The notes under the pieces were generated by a model, which saw nothing but the letters and a program-made list of their open reading frames with translations, had not been told where the DNA came from and made no database searches. A stretch of DNA of 64,000 bases from Watersipora subatra. Its lineage: Eukaryota. Location of the stretch: NCBI RefSeq assembly GCF_963576615.1, contig NC_088708.1, positions 42,861,115-42,925,114 of the forward strand, given 5' to 3'. The first letter of the stretch is position 1. Each line of letters starts with the position of its first letter. This document shows positions 11,901-22,275 of this stretch, one piece after another. Made by a program: the position numbers and the translations under genes.

Positions 11901-12969
11901 ATGGTGGCCACAAATTGATGAGGACATTGAAGCCATTGCAAGGTCTTGTCCGCAGTGCAATGCGGTTAAACACAATCCTCCATCAGATCCCCACCATTGG
12001 GCCCCTGCTGATAGTCCATGGCAGCGAATACATTTGGATTATGCCGGTCCTCTAGATAATACAATGTTCCTAATTATAGTAGATGCCTATTCCAAATGGC
12101 TGGAAGTTTTTCCCATTCGGACGTCTACTTCAGCAATCACCATAGCAACACTACGAAGAGTCTTTGCTACACATGGGTTGCCCTATACAGTGGTCACTGA
12201 CAATGGACCTCAGTTCACATCAGGGGAGTTCATGCACTTCATGAAGAGCAATGGTATACGACATTTAACAATGGCACCATACCACCCACAAAGTAATGGT
12301 CAAGCCGAACGATTTGTACAGACATTCAAACAAGCTTACAAGGCTTCGACAGAAGCAGTAAACATGAAAGTTGATAAGTTTTTCCTCAAATATCGTACAT
12401 CGATTAGCATGGTAACAGGCAAGACGCCAGCAGAATTACTGATGGGCAGATGCCTGCGAACAAGACTAGATCTTCTGAAGCCATCAATTCAGGCTGCACC
12501 ACTTACAAACTTCTCGCAGAAGCGTCACTTTCAGGAGGGTGATTTAGTGTGGTACAAGACGTTTCAGAGACCAGCCGTTCAGTGGCTGCAAGGGTCAGTC
12601 ATGCATCTTCTGGGAAATTCCATGTATGAGATTTTAGATGCTTCCACCTCAGGTATCGTAAGGCGTCACGTTGATCAGCTACGCAAAAGAGAAACCTCTC
12701 CGTACTTGGCTGACACATCCAATGAAATGAACAGTGAACGCGAGGTGACAAAACCCAATCACTTGCCGATGGGTCAGGAGACAGGTGTCAATATTGAAGC
12801 GGAGACGTGTCCACACGAGCAGCCCTCTTCAGGCACCGTTGACTCGATTCCATGCACCCCCATGGCACAAGAAATACTACAATCACCACAATCAACACCT
12901 ACGCAAACCAGACAATCAGCGCGTGCGAAAACTGTCCCATCATATTTGTCAGATTATGAACTGTCCTAA
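8986..12969 (+). CDS. gypsy gag-pol polyprotein of 1327 aa in a single uninterrupted ORF. It covers gag with two CCHC knuckles, aspartic protease, RT, RNase H and integrase.
   Basis: The CCHC knuckles read CRSCGSTLHPRKQCPH and CFKCGRKGHLQSVC. The protease motif is LDTGAGVS. The RT motif is YQDDIFI. The integrase HHCC finger reads H..H...CPQC. The DDE core includes the segment DYAGP...TDNGPQF...E. A GPY/F-like tail follows. Confidence 0.9.
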   Translation: MAAQNSIGRMEPFDESIESFTCYLERFDFYTEANSIDDSKKKATFLSLIGPKLYKLLRGLTAPDRPTAKSLEELTTLLSNHISPPPLEIAETYRFHQRNQLPGESIHEYVAQLKLLAEHCNFEGAYRERVLRNRLVCGIYCENARRKLLTVADLNLSRAIEIARGMEQAGKDAEVMTQRQPTESKVCHISNMHSPTTSGKPWPCRSCGSTLHPRKQCPHLQAECFKCGRKGHLQSVCEQKTPSKRPQLQKPHRRAQNTHSVMSDAITEEHEDIAHINTLSKEHSHPPIMLDTLINGIPVKMELDTGAGVSTMPYHIYKKIKGSLELQPTSTTLKPYGATQSIKPKGVIYSTVHFSKQESKARMFVLDKSEGEQVPLFGREWLNHFKLNWSEIKANRVEATAQLKDTLVAKYPSLFKQTLGEMKKVEATLRTRPSAIPIRQKHRVVPFALRAKVEQELESLLNENVISPVEHSEWATPVVPVIKPNGSIRLCGDFKVTLNPQLVVDSYPMPSIDDLQEKMSGGKLFSKLDLSKAFAQIKLDAASKPLVTITTHKGLFQYNRLPYGVASAPAIHQRAMDDILGSLPNVLCYQDDIFITGQNYESHLSTLHSVLDRLQNYGLKVNKEKCCLLQSSIIYLGHRIDQHGLHPMESKVKAIKEAPTPTNIGELRSFIGLVNYYQKFLPNLATVMHPLHQQLRKNAHWNWSSQCQEAFVQLKQLLSTDCVLTPYDVNSPLILACDASAYGVGAVLSHKLSNGEEKPIAFASRTLSPSERNYAQIEREALSIIFGVTKFHLYLYGRSFTLLTDHKPLVTILGPKTGVPPIAAMRMQRWAAILTAYTYDIEYKSSLTHANADAMSRLPQPCRRLHCEQTRLFHIEQYAQLPVTFETVSIKTQEDKTLSNVYNSTIHGWPPYSAANIDPYFRCRQELSTLKGCLMRGIRLVIPSSLRATILTELHQSHLGMVKMKTTARNYVWWPQIDEDIEAIARSCPQCNAVKHNPPSDPHHWAPADSPWQRIHLDYAGPLDNTMFLIIVDAYSKWLEVFPIRTSTSAITIATLRRVFATHGLPYTVVTDNGPQFTSGEFMHFMKSNGIRHLTMAPYHPQSNGQAERFVQTFKQAYKASTEAVNMKVDKFFLKYRTSISMVTGKTPAELLMGRCLRTRLDLLKPSIQAAPLTNFSQKRHFQEGDLVWYKTFQRPAVQWLQGSVMHLLGNSMYEILDASTSGIVRRHVDQLRKRETSPYLADTSNEMNSEREVTKPNHLPMGQETGVNIEAETCPHEQPSSGTVDSIPCTPMAQEILQSPQSTPTQTRQSARAKTVPSYLSDYELS

Positions 12970-13021
12970 AAAGGGGATTACAATTAGTGATGATATGTTT
13001 CTTCCCTAGGGGAAGGAGAGA

Positions 13022-13208
13022 TGTTACATTATTGAATCATTGGCTTTGCCGTTTCCGGTTAGTGCATGCGCACGCAGTTCTGTTTTTATCCTCGAGGATG
13101 CGTTACACGTTTTTCTAATGCTCTTGTATTGTATTCCTTATTCACATGTACTATTGTTCGTTATTCATAATATACGTTCTACAGCATTAACTACACACAT
13201 ATTCAACA
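13022..13208 (+). repeat. gypsy 3' LTR
   Basis: Direct repeat of 8623..8809. The six-frame ORFs at 8641 and 13040 are identical 57-aa LTR artefacts. Confidence 0.85.
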
Positions 13209-13581
13209 ATCAGCATCTGATAAAAACACAGAACCAATAAGAAAAATTCAGAAAAGGGGGCCAACCTACCCCGGTCTCCCCTACACCCATACCTGCCAAC
13301 TCTCACGCATTGGGCGTGAGACTCACGCAATCACCCCAAAGAAAAAATGAAAATGCGTGAGAAATGCGTGAGATTTTTGCCCCAATTTCCACAATTTTAT
13401 ATATACTATCATTGATACATCAATTGCCCCAAAACCAAATCTCACGCATTGCCCCCCTCTTAGGTTGGCAGGTCTGCCTACACCGATATGCACATGTTTG
13501 TTGTAGGACGAAACTAGTATACACTACTTATACCAATGCTCAGACTATAGTACTCCTCAACAACAGATAAATCCAAACACT

Positions 13582-14955
13582 ATGAAATGGGACACTGTTG
13601 TTAAATTCATCAACAAAACAGAACAGGTTATAGAACATATTATTGCTCATAACATAAGAGATTATCTCGATCAGAATAACATCCTAAGTGAAACACAGCA
13701 TGGTTTTAGAAAAAAGCACAGCTGTGAATCTCAACTTATACACACCATATCAGACTTGGCAAATTTTAATAATCTTAACACTCAAGTGGATGTACTTGTT
13801 TTGGATTTTAGTAAAGCGTTTGATACAGTTTCGCATGACAAATTGATCCACAAACTTAGAAGTTATGGCCTAAATGCAAACGTAGTGACTTGGATACAGC
13901 ACTGGCTCCTGGACCGCACATTCTGTGTCATAGTTAACGGTAAAACATCTCCACCTACCCAGGTAACATCAGGTGTGCCCCAGGGGTCGGTGCTTGGACC
14001 CTTGCTTTTTCTTTTATATATCAATGACCTTCCAGAGTCTCTGAACTGTCCAAAGACATCCATACGTTTATTTGCGGATGATGCCATACTTTTAAGACCA
14101 ATAGAATGTGCGTCCGACAGCCTTCTGCTACAGGACCAACTGTGCAGAGTGGCTGCATGGGCTGAGTCGTGGCAGTTGAGATTTAATGCTAATAAATGCA
14201 CATCTACATCTGTGGAACCAGTTAGATTTTCACATATATACAACTATTGCGGTACATCTCTTATATCCTCGCAATCCTTTTTATACTTGGGTATACTTGT
14301 TTCTAGCACCCTCAATTTTAATGAACACATAAATCGCATCATACGTAAGGCTAACGGCACTCTTTTTATGCTTATGCGGACCCTTAAGAAAACATCTCCT
14401 AATGTCAAAAGGACAGCATACTATAGTGTGTGTCGTCCACTGCTAGAGTACGCTTCGGAAATCTGGAGTCCACATTTTGATTATAGTATACAAGATTTAG
14501 AATCCATTAACCGAAAAGCTTTTAGGTGGGCCAACAATTTAAGAAAATTTGATAGTATATCATCAGAAATGGTGAAAATGGGATGGCAAACACTTGCAGA
14601 GAGAAGACGCATCAAGGACGAAAGCACACTGCAAAAAATTTTAAGCCAAGACCTAATGGTCGATTTTAATAGATTTGTAATTAAGAACTCATCCTATTTT
14701 ACTCGAGGCTCCAATATCAGACACACAATCAATACAAGTGCAATGAAACACTCTTTTTTTAACCGTGCGATGAAATTTTAACATCTGATTCTCTTATAAC
14801 TAGACCAAGCGATCTTATACTTTTATCCTTCAGACTTAGATAAATAAGTCTATGCTTATTTGTGATCTTATTTTTATGCCTAATGCACCATTTTATTTCT
14901 ACAGGCCTAGCGGCCACTTGAGATATTTTACAGAGATAGATAGATAGATAGAACG
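13582..14955 (+). mobile_element. Second non-LTR retrotransposon (LINE) 3' fragment. It has an RT ORF and a (GATA)n tail.
   Basis: ORF 13582..14781 carries RT motifs LDFSKAFDTVSHD, QGSVLGPLLF and LFADDAILL. A microsatellite (AGAT)5 at about 14934..14953 is typical of CR1/L2-type 3' ends. Confidence 0.7.
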
Positions 14956-17900
14956 CCTATACTATTAAAACTCATTTACGTAAAGACAATACAATTAGGC
15001 TATATAGTGCTACATAAATATACTCGTGAAATAATATATGCACATATGTGAATGTAAATATAAATTTATTTTAAAAATCACATGTAATATCAGGCCTGCA
15101 TATAGAGGCAATTTATATTTTTTGCTGTTGATTGTTTAAAATAAAGAATTAACCAACTAAAACCACGTAGGAGAGAAGGTAAACTATGTTTATGGTAAGT
15201 TTTAGCAAGATTGAAGGCATTGCTTAGCTCCTACATAAAATAATCAAAAAAAATAGATATAACCTACCCTACCTGCATAATAGTTAACGTATACCGGTAG
15301 TTGGAGCGCTACTCGTACTAATTTATTAAAGCGCCATTTTGTACCCAATGCAATGCAAAAAACTAGCGAATCGACGATTTTATTAGCATCTACTTCCGTT
15401 TAAAGTTACCGCATCGATCCGATTTTCAGCAAATTTGTGTGCGACGAGTTTTTACAGACAAGCGAGTCACATGAGCGGTCTGTAAATTATACGAGTGTTG
15501 CTGTGACGACAACTCCTAAATCATCCAACGTTAAATGATGTACTATGTACGTGTTACATTTATTCAATGATATACAGCCCCCCTGGAAGGCTGTATATCA
15601 TTGATTTATTGAAGTGAACGTGTGCATTTTATTGATAAAATGACAACAATACAAATAATAGCCTGTTGCACTTTGTATTCCCTTTGTTAAATATAAACAC
15701 TCACCAAGTATTCCACAATGGAAAGGCAGCGCCTGCAGTCAGTCAACCGCTTATATACATCTGTAGCCATCCACGTGGTCGCCTACTATAGGTTCATGTG
15801 CTTGAGGTGTAGACTTATGAAAGTTTTAACCGGTTTAACCAACTTTTTTCAAGCTAGTTAAATTGGCGTAACGCCTAATGTAACCAACGAGCCTGAAACG
15901 CTAGGAAGACACACTGCAGACGAAAAGAAACATACTTTTGCATGTTCTATGTGATGCATTAGAACTCTTCCTTACATACGAACTAGTTCTTCTGGCTCAG
16001 GAGGCTATCACCGAGGCTATTGGTGTCTATACTCATCATTACCAATGAACCTAGTTCAGGAGTTAGCCTCCTCCAGTATCAGCGACTTCCATGGCCACTG
16101 CCTTTTCACCATCTAGATCCACATCAGCATCTTTCTTACCTAGATCCCCATCACCTGCAAATTCAGCCTCCTCAGAGCTCGGCTTTTCAGGCAGCCCCTC
16201 CTTAGGCAAAGCCTCAGTACTCTCATTTGACTGAGAGTCCAGTTCACAGTCATCAGCAGTCTCAGGCTGAGCCTGATCCTGCTGCGCAAGCTTACTGGCC
16301 TCAACCTTATCAAACCAGGATTTCTGCAAACTGGTATTCGAATCATTGGCCTCATAAACCCCACTGACGTTGCCACCAACAGCAACTTCATTGACACGAC
16401 AAACCACTGCGCTAGCTGGTACATCATGGCTTTTGCTCGTGTTGCCATTTGCAAATGTCTTACTGCCCTTAGCATGTCTACCACCCATACCAACCTTGAG
16501 AGGCTGAGCAGCGGCACCCGATACTTTCTGGGTAACAAATTCAGATTTTGCCACTAGCTTTTGGAGCTATTGTTAGGCCTGAGCACCAATCAGTAGGTGT
16601 TTCTATGTGTTTCTATAATCTTATCAGAGAGCATCTTATCAAGATCTTTCTTAGCTTGAGATCTTAACCCAGCTTGGGGAATACAACCTGATAGGTTCCG
16701 CCTCACCTCTCAAGGTAATGAAAAACATGCCAGGCATGGTATCCAAGTCTTTAAACACTTTAGAAAATTCCTTAATAAGATCGAAATTATCTGTACACAT
16801 ACCATTAATGACGACGAGTAAATCAAGATTTTCAAGTTCTGTCATTCCCAAAAGGTTTCAGGCGCATCAGTAGTATGATAAGAGCTCTCTATATTCACTT
16901 TACTGAACCCTAGAACTATCAGACTTGAGCCATCAGTGCCACTAAGGTGTCAATCTGGTATCAAACTCAAACCAAGTTTACTAGATTCTTAACAGTCAAA
17001 GTAAAAAAATCAGCACCTGTATCAAACCAGAAATCAGCTTCACATTCCGTTTACCTTCAAGGTCCTAAGTATTTTATGTATCTCATCATTTAGGATCTGC
17101 AGATGCAAATCTTACACTTCTACTTGGGTAGTGAAAAAGCGAACTATCTCTGTCCTGTCTCTCAGGGCTTTTGCCCGTACTCCAATCACTTTTCCTACTA
17201 CTATTTCTGTTGTAGCAGTGCCTACATTCACCTTTTCGAGTATTTTTGGTGCCATACTTTTTTACAGTCAAGACTAGTATCTTTCCTGTTGCATACAAAG
17301 CATCTAGCTACAGGGCAACTACGTAGCCTGTAGTCTCTACTACCACAGTTGTAACATTCATCATCACTCTTAGGTGACCGTCCATTTTTAGACTTAACAC
17401 ATCAACTGCGGTTATACCTTTCAACACTAGAGTCTCTTGAAGACCTGCTAGAGTTTCTATATTGCTTCTACGATCATACCTAGGAAACTCATAACCAGAA
17501 TTTCTACTCTCTTTTCTAGAATATTTATTCTTAAACTTTTTATCATAATAACTTTTACGTTGCCTTTGTGAAATTCTGTTAATTTCCACCTTTTCACAAG
17601 CACTTGAATCAGAACTTGAATAATGACTGGCTCCTCTTATTTTCAATTGATTTTTAAGAGCTTTTGTCAAAATTTCCGAAACTTTAATGTTACTAGTTTT
17701 ACATCTAGCGCAGGGGCGCTCAACAGGCAGCCCTGGGGCCGGATGTGGCCCTCAGCCTGATTTTATGCGGCCCCCCTAGAGACTTTACCAATTTAAAATT
17801 TTTATACTGAATTTTCTGCCCAAGGTCAGGCCCTAACTTAGCAGAAATGTAGGCCAATTGTAACCACACTTTCTGACCATGTTAACAGCTATGCTATGTA

Positions 17901-18048
17901 TCTTGGAAATCCCCTTCCCTTGCATCACTTTTTTCTTCCTGTCTGATATTACTGCACATGTGGGTAAAATATCCAGTTTTTAGGGAATTTCCCTAACTGA
18001 CCTGCTAACTGTTGGTTTATAAATCGGTTCATTCATTTAAACACAAGC

Positions 18049-18426
18049 ATGGCAAGTAAAAGGAAGATAGACAAAGAGGGCAGAGAATTTAATAACGATT
18101 AGAAATTAAGCTATTTTGTGAAACACCACTCTGTAAATCAGGCTGTCTGCGTAATTTGCAACCAAATTATAGCAGTTCTCAAAGAATATAATATTCGACG
18201 GCATTATACTACTCGCCATGCACAACAGTATGACCAGCACAGTGGCCGAGAGAGAGCAGAGAAGTATGAAACACTGTCAAAAAATCTCGCATCACAGCAG
18301 CGCTTGTTCACCCGCTACACTGAAATCAGTGAAAAGGCTACAAAGTGTAGTTTGGTGATAGCTAACAAAATTGGCCAGAGGCAGCTGCCATTTCAACATG
18401 GAGAGTTCGCAAAAGAGGTAAGTTTA
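18049..18426 (+). CDS. hAT transposase exon 1 with an N-terminal BED-like zinc finger. A single in-frame TAG lies at 18100..18102.
   Basis: The ATG at 18049 is in frame with ORF 18118..18549 and gives MASKRKIDKEGREFNND*KLSYFVKHHSVNQAVCVICNQ...RRHYTTRH. The TAG sits where TGG (Trp) would be expected. A GTAAGT donor lies at 18427. Confidence 0.65.
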
Positions 18427-18578
18427 TCTCTATTTCATCAATATGCTGAATATTACCGGTTCTTGTTTGAGTACCATTTATATGTGTATTATATTTGCAT
18501 GCATTTTATGTTTTATTTAAATTTTATCAGCATATTCAACAGCACATGAAAGTATTGTTATTGACTATTGTATTGTAG

Positions 18579-19209
18579 GTACTGACAGAATTTGTGGAAG
18601 AGTTTTGCCCCGACAAGAAAGAAGCACTGGAGAGCATCTCTTTATCAAGACACACAGTAATTAGAAGGATTGAAACATTGAGTAAGGACATTGAGCGCAA
18701 ACTCAAAGAGGTTGCAAGCAATTTTATCTACTTTAGCATTGCGCTTGATGAGAGTACAGATAATTCAGACATAGCACAACTTGCCATCATGGTCAGAGGA
18801 ATTGATGATCAGTTCAGCATCACAGAGGATTTTCTCACAATGAGCAGCCTTCACGGTACCACAACGGGTCAAGACACATTTGACAACCTGCTCAAAGAAC
18901 TTAAAGATTTCAATCTACCACTTGAAAAGTTATCAGGGATATGCACTGATGGTGCGCCGGCAATGACTGGAGAACACACAGGCTTAATTGGCTTGCTGTT
19001 GAAGTCCAGAGTGTGGAATGTCCCTCCTATCGTGTACCACTGCATCATTCACCAGGAAAATTTAGGAGCACAGCACTTTAAGATGGGACATGTCATGGAA
19101 TTGGTTGTATCCACAGTAAACTACATAAGGGCTCGAGCTTTGAGCCACCGCCAGTTCAAAGAGATGCTGAAGGAGATTGAAGCAGAATTTCAAGACGTGA
19201 CATATTATT
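18579..19209 (+). CDS. hAT transposase exon 2, the catalytic core.
   Basis: The acceptor TATTGTAG ends at 18578. Joining exon 1 ...EFAKE to VLTEFVEEF... keeps phase 0. The exon contains FSIALDESTDNSDIAQLAIMVRGIDD...GICTDGAPAMTG. A GTAAAG donor lies at 19210. Confidence 0.65.
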
Positions 19210-19266
19210 GTAAAGTGAGATGACTCAGTAGTGCAAAAACACTTCGTTGGTTTCTCAGTCTTTTAG

Positions 19267-20009
19267 ATCCCATCGATACATTCATGAGAGGCAAAGGACG
19301 TAACCATGAAGAATTCAGAAATGTGGCATGGATAAATGATCTTGCTTTCCTGGCAGACATTACTGAGCATATGGCGGATCTTAAACGCAAACTACAGGGA
19401 AAGCAGCAGCATGTATCATCTCTGTGGAGCCATATAACAGCTTTTCGGTGTAAATTAAATCTGTGGGTCGGTCAACTTCAAAATGGAAACTGCACACATT
19501 TTAAGAGCCTGCTGGAGCGACAACAGAGTGTTGAAAATCATGTCAGTGCAGAGCCATATGCAAAGCTCCTGACTGGCCTTGCTGCTGAATTTGGCAGAAG
19601 GTTTGCTCAATTTGATGGCACTTGCATGCATATCAACATCTTTGAAGACCCATTCTCAGTCGACGCAGAAGAAGCACCTGCTCCTCTACAAATGGAACTG
19701 ATTGATATTCAAGCTGATAAAAGGCTGAGCCAGCATCACAACAGCAATGAACTTGTAGAATTTTACCGTGATTTTCTTCCAAAACAAAGATTTCCAGGCC
19801 TATACAAACATGCTTTACTCATGGGCAGTTTGTTTGGCTCGACTTATCTATGCGAGCAGTTCTTCAGCCGTATGAAGCATACCAAAAATAAATACAGGAC
19901 AACTATCACTGATGAACACTTGACCCAGCAACTAAGACTGGCTTCCTCAGCTACCCAGCCTGACATTGATAGAATAGTCAGAGAAAAGCAATGCCAAGTA
20001 TCACACTGA
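19267..20009 (+). CDS. hAT transposase exon 3 with the C-terminal hAT dimerisation domain.
   Basis: A 57-nt intron runs 19210..19266 and ends TTTTAG. The split codon T|AT encodes Tyr and keeps the frame. The exon reads ...LYKHALLMGSLFGSTYLCEQFFSRMKHTKNKYRTTITDEHL. The stop is at 20007..20009. Confidence 0.65.
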
Positions 20010-21602
20010 AATATCTAATTACATGTTTTAGTGTTTGTAACTGTCCATGAAATGTTCAATTTATGTACCTGTACATGTATATCTCATCTACTTTAGTTGT
20101 TCAATTTATTTTACTAATCTAAATAAAGTTTACTGTAAATAGCACTGTAAATCTTAATTAATCAGTTCACGGAACTCTGTGTGCAAACAAGGAGTATAGC
20201 AACTTTGACCGAACTTATGTAGATGTAATCTCGGCCCCCTGCATACAGATAATTTTTCATATTGGCCCTCACTATGAAAAGGTTGAGCACCCCTGATCTA
20301 GCGCCTTCCAATATGGCGTCAAATTCTCTCGTGAGCTTTTTGGTCATAAAAGTATCCATTAATTGTTTCCAATTTAACTCAGTCTGTTGCATTAATTGCC
20401 TATGTAGTGAACTTTTTTCCCCAGTCATTAACATCTATTGCAAGAGCAAATTCTCTCCTTACCTTTTTATGACCACCAAAAGTGACATTTTAACTGAGTT
20501 TTTTTTAACTCGAAGCAAGTAATCACTTTCCTTTTCACCGACTGTTTGTGAAACAGGAACGAATTTCATCATTTTCATGTATACAGTTACATCAGCACCA
20601 TAAATACTAACTAATTGAGCCATAGCCTCCTCATAAGTAGAATTTTCATTCTGCAAAGAATCAACAGAGCTTAGAGCATCTCTACCATCACTTTCTATTG
20701 CGTGTAATAACGCAAGAAGTTTCATACGGCTACTAAATTTACCCGTTGCCGTCTTCATCGTTATCCAATTTCACGCCAACCCTTTCCACTACAATTTGGA
20801 AACTATCGCATCATCTTTTCCATGGACCAACAACATCACCACTATTCAAATTTAACGAGGGAAACTCATTAAAATTAAACGCCGTAATTGGCGTGTAACG
20901 AGAAACAGCACCAACACGACACGAGTGTTAAAAGCACTCGTGTTAAAAGCACTCGTGTTAAATTACCCTTGGCACCACTACACTGAAAACACTAAAAGCA
21001 CTAAAACCACACACAAAACATTTACTATGAGGTATATAAAATGAATGAATGAATTCATAAGCCTGAAGCTCAAGCAGTAAAAACAGACAGAATTGTTTTA
21101 AACATGTAAAAGACATTTGACCTCCAGTGATTCGTTTCGATCAGAACATGTTTTCAACCGCATAGAAATACTGCTCTGCATGTAATGCAAGAATTTTGCT
21201 TATCTCGTCACCATATGTCAGCAGAATGGGTAGATGTCTACGTCTTGCTAGAACATGGTATCAATAGTTGACTGGTATAGTCTCAAATTGCTGATGTGGC
21301 GATTGATGCCATCACCTCTGCTCGAGTGCTTGAGATCAGCATAGTCACTTTTCTTACTTTCTATGGGATTACACACTTTTCGATCGATAGCTTTAGCTTC
21401 ACACACACAAGACCTCTCAGTTTATACGAATTTAGCCCAGTGTTTTGCCACTGCTTACAATTGCCTGAGCCTCTAATTACACTTTTGCTATTGCATTTAT
21501 AGATTTCATCTGCTGGTATCACATTGTAACTCTTATGAAATACATCATACCAAAACAACATCTTTTTTTGCATTTAGAGTTTGCTAGCATTTTCTTCAGT
21601 GT

Positions 21603-21627
21603 ACGGGGGGGGGGGGGGGGGGGTGAC
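21603..21627. repeat. poly(G) homopolymer of about 23-25 nt
   Basis: CGGGGGGGGGGGGGGGGGGGGGGGTGACC. Confidence 0.8.
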
Positions 21628-22119
21628 CATCCTCAATTCCATTGTCTGAGGAATGATATATACAGCTAAAAAGGTACTCTACATTCCATTTAGACATCCT
21701 TCCCTTTTTTGCTCGTGATAACTCAGTCCATTCATGTCTGCTGACATGAAATACCTGTTCTATGTTTTCACTACATTTTCTGTCATTTCATTAGTTAATC
21801 TCCTCCGTTTAGTAAATTCAACGAACTGCAACATAGGATGGTGAAGTATGGGGTTTCATTAGCGGTAATAATATCTTATATGAGTTTTGTCCATGATTTG
21901 AAAACATTAACTCTCCTTTTCATAACTGATTGATGTCAGATCAATACTCCTACACATGTGATATTCAATGACAACCTTGCAAATGTCATTCTCACACACT
22001 TTTTTTTCTTAGGTATTTCTTGCTAAACGCAAAGTCTGTTCTACACCTGAATGGTTAGTGTCGTGTAGGTCTCTTAGCACTTGTTTAGAACATACCGAAA
22101 TTGACTTTTTAAGGTAGTA

Positions 22120-22275
22120 ACAATGCGCGCACACATATACGTGCACACATACATGCACACATACATGCACACATTCAGATGCACACATACGTGCACACAT
22201 ACGGATGCACACATATGTGCACACTTACGGATGCACACACACGGATGCACACATACGGATGCACACACACTAGAT
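22120..22275. repeat. CA-rich degenerate microsatellite, (CACACATACGTG)n-like
   Basis: Direct reading. It generates the spurious His/Thr/Cys-rich ORFs at 22009..22460. Confidence 0.8.

Larger units (their letters stand above)
8623..13208 (+). mobile_element. Ty3/gypsy LTR retrotransposon. It is full length and apparently intact.
   Basis: 187-bp LTRs lie at 8623..8809 and 13022..13208. They run TG...CA and differ at one position. A perfect 5-bp target-site duplication ATCAG lies at 8618..8622 and 13209..13213. A tRNA-complementary primer-binding site TGGCGACGAGGATGGGATTCG follows the 5' LTR. A polypurine tract GGGGAAGGAGAG precedes the 3' LTR. Confidence 0.9.
8495..13272. mobile_element. Small MITE of about 180 bp from the same pogo family, with GGGGTAGGTTGG termini. 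It is split into 8495..8617 and 13214..13272 by the gypsy insertion.
   Basis: GGGGTAGGTTGGAC lies at 8495 and is inward-facing. The reverse complement of 13256..13272 is GGGGTAGGTTGGCCCCC, also inward-facing. The two pieces sit exactly on either side of the gypsy element and its target-site duplication. Confidence 0.4.
17711..20295 (+). mobile_element. hAT-superfamily DNA transposon, 2585 bp and structurally complete.
   Basis: The 14-bp terminal inverted repeats are CAGGGGCGCTCAAC at 17711 and CAGGGGTGCTCAAC as the reverse complement of 20282..20295, matching at 13 of 14 positions. A perfect 8-bp target-site duplication ATCTAGCG lies at 17703..17710 and 20296..20303. The internal transposase has a BED-like zinc finger, a DDE/RNase-H-like core and a hAT dimerisation domain. 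Confidence 0.9.
16063..20758 (-). pseudogene. Degenerate gag-like (and possibly protease) retroelement remnant, interrupted by the hAT insertion. Identity is uncertain.
   Basis: Collinear minus-strand ORFs lie at 20459..20758, 20296..20434, 17308..17670, 17086..17298, 16651..16851 and 16063..16554. One carries a degenerate knuckle-like CRHCYNRN. The hAT left end falls inside this run. Confidence 0.25.
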
